Shown piece after piece: positions 24,950-32,000 of a stretch of DNA of 32,000 nucleotides (positions are counted from its first letter, which is position 1; each line of letters starts with the position of its first letter). Origin of the DNA: Pirellula staleyi DSM 6068 (GTDB taxonomy: Bacteria > Planctomycetota > Planctomycetia > Pirellulales > Pirellulaceae); contig CP001848.1 in NCBI GenBank assembly GCA_000025185.1, positions 4,590,001 through 4,622,000 of the forward strand, read 5' to 3'. Made by a program: the position numbers and the translations under genes. Under the pieces are notes generated by a model, which worked only from the letters and a program-made list of their open reading frames with translations, ran no database searches and was not told the DNA's origin.

Positions 24950-27400
24950 TTAACGATCGTTGTCGAAAACAATCGGACGGAGCCACTTCACCGAGTACTC
25001 GGTATCGATGGCGTTGAGCATCTTCATCATGGACTGGCGAGCTTCAATCATCGCCATCTGCTGCACTTGTTGCGAGGCACCTGTTTCCAGGAACTTCTCG
25101 CGGCGAATCTCTTCCGAAGGCTCGTCACTGATCATTCGGACGACGTAGACCACCTTGCCGGGCTGATCGACCGCCACACAAGCTTCACCTGGCTTGAGGT
25201 CGAACACAGCACGACGGAAATCGTCGCCAGCCAGCGGGATGCCATCGACATCGCTGAGGGTCGGGCCATTCGATCCCATCCCCATCGCGGTGAATCCGGC
25301 GGTAAACCAACTGAACGGAGCAGGCTTAACGACCTTCGCGGCATCAGGAACCGCTTTTTCAACACTTCCGGCTGCCTTCACTTTGTCGACGTATTTCTGA
25401 GCTTCTTCCTTGGCCAGCGTTAGAGCTTCCTTCATTTTGTAGAAGGCAATGACGTCGTCTTTCACTTCGTCGAACGTGACATCGGCAGCAGGTTCTTCCT
25501 GGGTACGCCAGAAGATGCACGATCCATTACCGAACACACCGTCGCCGCGGCTCATCATTTCGCGAGGGTTGTACAGCAAATCGCTACCGGAGTAGGCAAT
25601 CTGTGCGAAATCGAATTGCTGAAAACCTTGCGAAAAATCGATCGCAATCAGGTTCTTGCCGAGTTCGGATTCGTACGATTCCGCGGCACTCATCAGTTCG
25701 GTCGTGCCCGACTCAAGGTTGTACTTCTTCGAGAGGGCTGGGAGATCGAGTGCGGGTAGTTCTGGCTTAGGCCCCTTGGCGGTTTCCGCCTTGAGCTTGG
25801 CACTGTTGTAAGCCCGCGAGAACGAGCGAAGTTCGTCGATCACGCCCTTCACAGCCGTCGTTCGCATTTCGCTGGCGATAGGCTGAGCAAGCTGATTGAG
25901 GATGGCTTCGCGAACTTCCGCCAGTGGCTTCACTGCGGGAGCAGGAGGAGTGGTTGGTGGAAGCGCTGGATCGGCTGGCTTTTCGCCAGCAGGGGGCTCT
26001 GCCGCCGGCGTTTCGGTGGCTGGAGTTTCTGCAGCAGGCTTTTCTGCTGGTTCTGCTGGTTTTTCCTCGGCAGGCTTCTCTTCAGCCGGCTTAGCTTCTT
26101 CCGCTGGTTTTTCAGCAGGAGCATCAGCTGGCTTCTCTTCCGCAGGTTTTTCGGGGGCTGGTTCTTCCTGGCAACCACCTTCAGGCTTGGCCTCTTCCGC
26201 TGGCTTTTCAGCAGGCGTTTCGGGTTTGGCTTCTTCAGGTTTTGCTGCTTCCGGAGCAGGTTCAGCAGGCTTTTCCTCGGCTGGTTTCTCCGCCTCTGGT
26301 TTCGCTGCCTCTGGTTTCGCTGCCTCTGGCTTGGGTTCTTCGGCCGGCGTCTCTGGTTTCGGCGTTTCACCTGCGGGAGCTTCGGGCTTGGGAGTTTCCG
26401 TCGCGGGAGTCTCTGGGGCAGGGGTTTCCGTCGCGGGAGATTCAGGCTTCGGTGTCTCGGCAGGAACTTCGACCCGATGCTTACCTTGCGACACTTCCAA
26501 GTCGTACTGCTTTTGGATTTGCTCCTCAGTTACCTGTTTTTTGGCAATTTCCAAGTATTTATCGAAATCGACTTTCAGGTAGCCAAAAGCGATGCGAGCG
26601 GGACGATGAAAACCGGGCTCGGCACTCGCTGGATCGGGATCGTTGTCTTTACCCTCTTCGAACAGGGCACGCAGTTTGGGATCGTTCGCAGCCGGATCGG
26701 GAACTTTGCTGACAAACTGCTTCACGTCGATCGGATAGGCTTCGATCGAAGCCCGGCGGTCGAGGCGATTGAAGTAGTCCCAAAGTTCCGTCGTACCGAT
26801 CGAAAGAATCGGATCGCGGATCAGCATGATCTCGTGCTGAGCCAGGAGTTCCGATTCCAAATGTTCCAGCAACTGCTGCACGCTCACCAGGGCGTCGCGC
26901 GGCGTCACTTGATTGGCAATGTCGATCCAGTCACCCTCGGTGACCACGAAATCGCTCAATCGACTCAGGAATTGCTTGACTGCTTCTTTGTCGACGACCA
27001 CGCCAGCAGCCCGCGCTTTGCGGGCCAATAGCATCCGGCGAACGACCGACAGTTCGCTCGAATCGGGGTCGATACCAGGATTCAGTACCTCGCCCGTTTG
27101 TGGGTTGACCATCAGCATCGGAGCCGACGGTTTTCCTCCCAGGGCGAGCGAGCGTGTCACAATGCCGCGGCAGAAATTCACAGCCACGGTGTGCAGCATT
27201 CGCTCGCGAGCGATTTCGCTTTCGGTCAGGCGTCCCCCTCGGAAAGTGACGACAGTTTTGTCGGCTCCCGAACGTCCACCCAGGCCCACAGCGTCCAAAA
27301 GGAAGGGGCCAACGACCCAGGTGATCATCAAAACCACCCCGACCGCAGCCACGATGAGCTTCTGATTCTTCCGCAAATAACTATTGAACTGACTAGCCAT
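24950..27400 (-). CDS. N-terminally anchored periplasmic chaperone-like protein (PpiD/SurA-N-like) with a 180-aa Pro/Glu/Ala/Lys-rich insert
   Basis: 816-aa ORF. '[35 protein letters not shown]' is a signal-anchor like PpiD. The flanking regions resemble SurA-N/PpiD-type chaperone domains. I saw no clear parvulin PPIase motif. The functional call is tentative. Confidence 0.55.
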   Translation of the reverse strand: MASQFNSYLRKNQKLIVAAVGVVLMITWVVGPFLLDAVGLGGRSGADKTVVTFRGGRLTESEIARERMLHTVAVNFCRGIVTRSLALGGKPSAPMLMVNPQTGEVLNPGIDPDSSELSVVRRMLLARKARAAGVVVDKEAVKQFLSRLSDFVVTEGDWIDIANQVTPRDALVSVQQLLEHLESELLAQHEIMLIRDPILSIGTTELWDYFNRLDRRASIEAYPIDVKQFVSKVPDPAANDPKLRALFEEGKDNDPDPASAEPGFHRPARIAFGYLKVDFDKYLEIAKKQVTEEQIQKQYDLEVSQGKHRVEVPAETPKPESPATETPAPETPATETPKPEAPAGETPKPETPAEEPKPEAAKPEAAKPEAEKPAEEKPAEPAPEAAKPEEAKPETPAEKPAEEAKPEGGCQEEPAPEKPAEEKPADAPAEKPAEEAKPAEEKPAEEKPAEPAEKPAAETPATETPAAEPPAGEKPADPALPPTTPPAPAVKPLAEVREAILNQLAQPIASEMRTTAVKGVIDELRSFSRAYNSAKLKAETAKGPKPELPALDLPALSKKYNLESGTTELMSAAESYESELGKNLIAIDFSQGFQQFDFAQIAYSGSDLLYNPREMMSRGDGVFGNGSCIFWRTQEEPAADVTFDEVKDDVIAFYKMKEALTLAKEEAQKYVDKVKAAGSVEKAVPDAAKVVKPAPFSWFTAGFTAMGMGSNGPTLSDVDGIPLAGDDFRRAVFDLKPGEACVAVDQPGKVVYVVRMISDEPSEEIRREKFLETGASQQVQQMAMIEARQSMMKMLNAIDTEYSVKWLRPIVFDNDR
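25931..26470 (-). repeat. Low-complexity coding repeat region (PEAK-rich: [11 protein letters not shown] units)
   Basis: Encodes '...[38 protein letters not shown]...[21 protein letters not shown]...'. At the DNA level, the 15-bp unit gcctctggtttcgct occurs twice perfectly in tandem (26292-26321) plus a degenerate third copy. The 16-mer gtttccgtcgcgggag recurs at 26394 and 26424. Confidence 0.85.
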
Positions 27401-27862
27401 ATCCGCGACCTATTCCTCCCGCTGACCAACCCTAACCGGTTGACAGTCGAGCCTTGCCCGGCTTAATAGAGAAGCCCACTTCCTGGAGGCTTCAGAAGGG
27501 GTCAGATTGTAAGGGTAAGCGACGTAAATTCAATCCCAATCAGACGATTCGCTCACAAGCTGGTCTATTTTGACTGGCTCAGCAGCGCTCCTGGGATCGA
27601 AGAAGCCAGCAGCTACTCCCTGTACCTTTGGATGAGAGAAACAGTTATTTCGGGTAGACTAGTCGAAACCTAAGGGAACCGCGATCTGCGTTAAATCAGG
27701 TCAACTTTTCCTGTGCTATCGTTAATTCCGCTCGCCAGTTTCGCAGGTGATACTGCCGCCGGGCGGCGAATCACTTAGGTTTGTCCCTACACGCGTCAGA
27801 TATAGTGAACACCCGACTCGGCTATCCGCCAGAACCCTTTTCCAGCTAACCGTGAGTGACCA

Positions 27863-30631
27863 ATGGCCAAACGAGCCAGTACCGGAAACAAGGCATTGGT
27901 GATCGTCGAATCGCCCGCCAAGGCGCGAACGATCTCCAAATTCCTCGGGCCGGACTACACCGTCGAGGCGAGTATTGGTCACATCCGCGACCTTCCTCAG
28001 GGCTCGAAAGAGATTCCGAAGGAATATAAAGGTGAAAAATGGGCCTATTTGGGCGTGAACGTCGACGACGGCTTCACCCCGATTTACATCGTCCCGCCCG
28101 ATAAAAAACAGCACGTCTCGAAGCTTAAACAGCTGCTGAAAGAATCCGACTCACTCTTTCTCGCGACCGACGAAGACCGCGAGGGGGAAGCGATCTCTTG
28201 GCACCTCGCGGAAGTTCTCAATCCGAAAGTCCCTGTCAAACGGCTCGTGTTTCACGAAATCACCGAAGAGGCGATTAAAGGGGCACTGGCCAATCCGCGC
28301 GATATCGACGATGGCCTGGTGCGCGCTCAAGAAACGCGCCGCATTCTCGACCGCCTTTATGGCTACGAAGTATCGCAGCTGCTTTGGCGTAAAGTGGCAC
28401 CACGACTTTCAGCCGGCCGCGTTCAAAGCGTGGCGGTGCGCATGATTGTCGAGCGCGAGCGGGCTCGCATGGCTTTCCGGAGCGCTACGTACTTCGACTT
28501 GCTCGGGCGTTTTGCCTCCGCCGAAGGGAAAGAGTTCGATGCCGAACTCGTCTCGGTCGGTGGACGCCGCATTCCGACCGGCAAAGACTTCGATTCGACG
28601 ACCGGTCTGCTGAAGGACAGCAAGCTGCTGCAGATGTCCGAGCAAGAGGCGCTCGCTTTAGCCGAGCGTCTGAAGGTGGCCAAGTTTCAAGTCACCGGTA
28701 TCGAAGACCGCCCCTACACACGTAAGCCTTCCGATCCATTCACCACCAGCACGCTGCAACAAGAGGCCAACCGCAAGCTTGGTTTCACTGCGCGTCGCAC
28801 GATGGACGTGGCGCAAAGCTTGTACGAAAACGGCTATATCACTTACATGCGTACCGACTCTACGAACCTGGCGCAAGTGGCCATCGACGCCGCACGCGAT
28901 CTGGTTCGCACCGAGTATGGCGATGCCTTTGTCCCGGCTCAGCCGCGCATCTATAAATCGAAAGTGAAGAACGCGCAGGAAGCTCACGAAGCCATTCGTC
29001 CTGCTGGTCATCCGTTCAAATTGCCGCAGAATCTCCGGAGCGAACTCAACCCCGATCAGTTCCGGCTGTTCGACATGATTTGGAAGCGCACGATCGCCAG
29101 CCAAATGGCCGACGCTCGTGGTCGCAACATCACAATCACCCTCGAAGGGGACGGCGCCGTCTTTCAAGTCACGGGCAAAACGATCGAATTCGCGGGCTTT
29201 CTGCGAGCCTACGTCGAAGGCTCCGATGATCCCGATGCCGAGCTTGCAGATCAAGAACGGATTCTCCCGTCGGTTGACAAGGGATATCCCCTTAATATCA
29301 AAAAACTCGACGCCAAGAGCCATACGACTCAGCCTCCAGCGCGATTCAGCGAAGCCTCGCTCACGGCAGCGCTCGAAGAGCGCGGGATTGGTCGCCCGAG
29401 TACATACGCCTCGATTATCGAAACGATTCTCGCCCGGCAGTATGTCTTCAAAAAGGGTAATGCGCTCGTTCCAACTTGGACGGCGTTCAGCGTCTCGAAG
29501 CTTCTCGAAATGCATTTGCCAAAACTGGTCGACTATCAGTTCACCGCGCAAATGGAAGACTTGCTCGACTCGATCAGCCGCAAAGAATCCGAGCATGGCG
29601 AGTACCTCCGTCAGTTCTACTTCGGCGACGTCAAACCGCAGTCCGACGCTGGCCACTCGATGGCGGTGGGGGACGAGGGGCTCAAGAAACTGCTCGAGAC
29701 CAAGATTCAAGAGATTGATGCGCGCGACATGAGCCGCTTCTCCCTCGGAAAGCCCGAAGAAGGTGGCGACGAAGTCTTCGTACGCGTCGGCAAGTTCGGC
29801 CCGTTCATCGAGCAAGGTGAGCGGAAGGCAAGCATTCAGCAAGAGACAGCGCCCGACGAAATCACCCTCGCTCGCGCCTTGGAAATGCTCAATCAAGCGA
29901 GCGTTGCCGAAGAACCGCTGGGGCTCGATCCTGAAACACAAAAGCCGGTCTACATGAAGCAGGGACGGTTTGGTCCTTACGTGCAGCTCGGCACAGCCGA
30001 CGATGAAGAAAAGCCGAAAAACGCCTCGCTTTTGAAGGGCATGACACCTCCCGATGTCACTCTCGAAGTGGCCCTCAAGCTCCTTTCGCTCCCCCGCAAT
30101 CTCGGTGTGCATGCCACGCTTGGCGAACCGATTCAAGCCTTCAACGGCAAGTTCGGACCGTACATCAAATGTGGTAGCGAAACTCGCTCGCTCCCCAAAG
30201 AAATTTCTCCGCTCGAAGTGACGGCAGAGCAAGCGATCGAGCTTCTGGCTCAGCCGAAAACGCGTGGTGGTGGTCGTGGTCAGGCAGCTGCTCGCGAGCC
30301 ACTCCGCACGCTCGAACCCTCACCTGTGACTAACGAGCCCATCAAATTGCTCGCTGGCCGCTATGGGGCGTATGTCACTGACGGACAGACAAACGCCTCG
30401 CTTCCGAAAGATATGCAGCCCGAAACTCTCACGCACGAACAAGCGGTGCAATTGCTGGCCGATCGTGCCGCGAAAGCTCCGGCAGGTGGACGCGGACGTC
30501 GCAAAGCGGCTCCCAAGAAAGCTGCAGTAAAGAAGGCCGCTCCGAAAAAGGCTGCCGCCAAAAAGGGAGCTAAAAAAGCAGCCCCCGAAAAGAAGAAAGT
30601 GGTCGACGTTCCGTTTGAAGTCGAAGAGTAA
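27863..30631 (+). CDS. topA: DNA topoisomerase I (type IA)
   Basis: 922-aa ORF. Toprim start 'KALVIVESPAKARTISKFLG...EASIGHIRDLP', acidic 'LATDEDREGEAISWH', catalytic Tyr motif 'GYITYMRTDS'. C-terminus has four GxxGPY/F-type repeats and a KKAAPKKAA tail. Confidence 0.95.
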   Translation: MAKRASTGNKALVIVESPAKARTISKFLGPDYTVEASIGHIRDLPQGSKEIPKEYKGEKWAYLGVNVDDGFTPIYIVPPDKKQHVSKLKQLLKESDSLFLATDEDREGEAISWHLAEVLNPKVPVKRLVFHEITEEAIKGALANPRDIDDGLVRAQETRRILDRLYGYEVSQLLWRKVAPRLSAGRVQSVAVRMIVERERARMAFRSATYFDLLGRFASAEGKEFDAELVSVGGRRIPTGKDFDSTTGLLKDSKLLQMSEQEALALAERLKVAKFQVTGIEDRPYTRKPSDPFTTSTLQQEANRKLGFTARRTMDVAQSLYENGYITYMRTDSTNLAQVAIDAARDLVRTEYGDAFVPAQPRIYKSKVKNAQEAHEAIRPAGHPFKLPQNLRSELNPDQFRLFDMIWKRTIASQMADARGRNITITLEGDGAVFQVTGKTIEFAGFLRAYVEGSDDPDAELADQERILPSVDKGYPLNIKKLDAKSHTTQPPARFSEASLTAALEERGIGRPSTYASIIETILARQYVFKKGNALVPTWTAFSVSKLLEMHLPKLVDYQFTAQMEDLLDSISRKESEHGEYLRQFYFGDVKPQSDAGHSMAVGDEGLKKLLETKIQEIDARDMSRFSLGKPEEGGDEVFVRVGKFGPFIEQGERKASIQQETAPDEITLARALEMLNQASVAEEPLGLDPETQKPVYMKQGRFGPYVQLGTADDEEKPKNASLLKGMTPPDVTLEVALKLLSLPRNLGVHATLGEPIQAFNGKFGPYIKCGSETRSLPKEISPLEVTAEQAIELLAQPKTRGGGRGQAAAREPLRTLEPSPVTNEPIKLLAGRYGAYVTDGQTNASLPKDMQPETLTHEQAVQLLADRAAKAPAGGRGRRKAAPKKAAVKKAAPKKAAAKKGAKKAAPEKKKVVDVPFEVEE

Positions 30632-30637
30632 GACGGA

Positions 30638-30689
30638 GCCTCCAAGGCGTCGACTGGAGGCCGGACAGATGCTCGATCAATCGTCCGGC
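30638..30689. terminator. Two adjacent hairpins between convergent topA and acpS
   Basis: gcctcca (30638-30644) / tggaggc (30655-30661) and gccggac (30660-30666) / gtccggc (30683-30689), both in the 63-nt convergent gap. No U-tracts. Confidence 0.35.
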
Positions 30690-30694
30690 TTCGC

Positions 30695-31102
30695 TTAGTC
30701 GAGCAAACCTTCGTCCCCATCGCGGCCCACGGCGAGTGCATACGCAGTCGCATGACTGCGGCAATGGCTGATGCTGATCATCATTTCGGTGATCCCCATT
30801 TTCTCGCAGATTTCGCGAGCGCCACCCGAAAGGGCAATGCGAGGCTTGCCTCCCATTTCGTTCTGCACTTCGATATCGCGCCACTGCACGCCACGTGTCC
30901 AGCCGGTGCCGAGTGCTTTGAGAACCGCTTCTTTGGCCGCAAATCGGCCGGCGTAGTGCTGTGTCGAAGCCTTGCGCGCGGTGCAGTAGTCGATCTCGTG
31001 CGGCGTGAAGACGCGCATCAAAAACACTTCGCCGTGGCGCTCGATCATCTTTGCCACACGCAAGCATTCGACAATATCGGTTCCGATTCCAAGCACCCGC
31101 AT
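30695..31102 (-). CDS. acpS: Holo-[acyl-carrier-protein] synthase (4'-phosphopantetheinyl transferase)
   Basis: The ORF track gives 30695..31276. Start at ATG 31102 (GGAG 8 nt upstream) gives 135 aa: 'MRVLGIGTDIVECLRV...FTPHEIDYC...HYAGRFAAKEAVLKALG...ISISH', the classic AcpS pattern. Confidence 0.9.
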   Translation of the reverse strand: MRVLGIGTDIVECLRVAKMIERHGEVFLMRVFTPHEIDYCTARKASTQHYAGRFAAKEAVLKALGTGWTRGVQWRDIEVQNEMGGKPRIALSGGAREICEKMGITEMMISISHCRSHATAYALAVGRDGDEGLLD

Positions 31103-31333
31103 CGACTCACTCCATGTACGAATTTGCGCCGCTGATGCACTAAGCTTAGCAGCCCACCACCCCACTTCACGAGTGCCCCTTCCTTGCACGACAGCATCTC
31201 GCCCGAACTTCGACTTGCGAGAGTTCGCTCGGGCAGAAACAATAAACATCTGGACATTACTGCGCCGCAGTAGCATGCTGAGACTCGGCTTCCCCGACCA
31301 GTCCCGCCTTGCCTGCGAAAAGGAATTGATTTC

Positions 31334-32000
31334 ATGTTCGAACGACGCTCATTACGCTGGCCGATCACGCTCGGCGTGGTGATGATCGTGCTGGTCGTGC
31401 TGCTGATTGTCGGCTGGGTGCTGATCACCGCGTTTGGCGCGACCACAGCAGGCTCGCGCGCAGGAATTTACTGGGCCCTGTTATCGATCGGGGCCACGCT
31501 GCTGGCCTTTGTGCTGGTCGGAGTGGTGATGTACCTAACGCTCACCATCAAAGCAATCAACCTCAGCCGTCGACAATCGAATTTCATCGACAGTGTGACC
31601 CACGAACTCAAAAGCCCGATCGCCTCGCTCAAACTCTACTTGCAAACGCTCAATCGCCGCCAGGTGAGCCCCGCCGAACAAGAGAACTTCTATCGCTACA
31701 TGCTCGAGGATGTCGAGCGTCTCGACACGCTGATCAACCATCTACTCGATGCCGCGCGGCTCGAAAAACCAACACTGCAAACCGAGGTCGAAGATATTGA
31801 ACTCACTTCGACAATTCGTAGTATCTCGGAACAGGTGGCGTTAAAACATCGCGCGCCGCTCGACGTGATTCAGCTGCAAATGACACCGGTTTTAGTCACC
31901 GCGACACGCGTCGATCTCGACCTGATCTTGCGCAACTTAATCGATAACGCGGTGAAGTATGCATCGGATAGCGATCCGCAAGTGCTGGTGAGTACTGCCA
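31334..32000 (+). CDS. Sensor histidine kinase (3' end cut by window edge)
   Basis: Absent from the ORF track because it has no stop in the window. My translation from ATG 31334 (AGGA 9 nt upstream) is 'MFERRSLRWPITLGVVMIVLVVLLIVGWVLI...'. It shows two TM helices, H-box 'FIDSVTHELKSPIASL' and N-box 'LRNLIDNAVKYA'. Confidence 0.88.
   Translation, partial: MFERRSLRWPITLGVVMIVLVVLLIVGWVLITAFGATTAGSRAGIYWALLSIGATLLAFVLVGVVMYLTLTIKAINLSRRQSNFIDSVTHELKSPIASLKLYLQTLNRRQVSPAEQENFYRYMLEDVERLDTLINHLLDAARLEKPTLQTEVEDIELTSTIRSISEQVALKHRAPLDVIQLQMTPVLVTATRVDLDLILRNLIDNAVKYASDSDPQVLVSTA

Noticed and set aside
25931-26470. Short tandem repeats considered as a possible CRISPR or other non-coding array
   Set aside because: The units are 15-30 bp, degenerate, without unique spacers. 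They sit in frame inside a long ORF and encode a low-complexity peptide, so this is not a CRISPR array.
25896-26582. 228-aa plus-strand ORF with striking '[10 protein letters not shown]' repeats
   Set aside because: It is the reverse-complement reading of the PEAK-rich repeat of the minus-strand chaperone-like gene. The repeat periodicity is a mirror image, not an independent gene.
27440-27468. TTGACA-N17-TTAATA on the plus strand upstream of topA
   Set aside because: The -35 is perfect but the -10 is poor (it lacks the conserved final T), and it lies about 400 nt from the topA ATG. I did not report it as a feature because sequence alone cannot support it.
28658-30232. 524-aa ORF antisense to topA
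   Set aside because: It lies entirely inside, and opposite to, a gene with unmistakable topoisomerase motifs. Its translation is low-information (Arg/Leu/Phe/Glu-rich) with no recognisable domain. Long antisense ORFs are expected in stop-poor, GC-biased coding sequence.

Overview
Gene-dense chromosomal segment, moderately GC-rich by eye, with no rRNA, tRNA, CRISPR array, transposase, integrase or recognisable defence gene. I call 17 protein-coding genes; two are cut by the window edges. The content points to a planctomycete, probably Pirellulales-like. Supporting signs are PSCyt1, PSCyt2 (DUF1549) and PSD1 (DUF1553) domain proteins, a Tat-signal TIM-barrel isomerase, a Gfo/Idh/MocA oxidoreductase, a membrane protein with the 'YHRWLGIPP...YRLLGV' J-like N-terminus, and long antisense ORFs typical of stop-poor genomes. 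Recognisable housekeeping genes are topA (Zn-finger-free C-terminus with a Lys/Ala-rich tail), acpS, a Cu(I) P1B-type ATPase, cinA and a histidine kinase (3' partial). Accessory genes include a cupin, a PhzF-family isomerase, a secreted alpha/beta hydrolase, a Nudix-like protein and an anchored octahaem cytochrome c fused to HEAT/TPR repeats. The most interesting region is a 9.1 kb minus-strand block (15367-24512). It encodes three consecutive very large signal-peptide proteins: (1) Ig-like + PSCyt2/PSD1, (2) IPT-like/PPC repeats plus a ~170-residue Gly/Pro-free helix, (3) PSCyt1 plus two seven-bladed WD40 propellers separated by a ~280-residue helical segment of the same unusual Ala/Lys/Thr/Asp composition. 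No catalytic signature is visible in any of the three. I interpret the block as a candidate uncharacterised envelope assembly. All functional calls come from motif recognition by eye; no searches were run.
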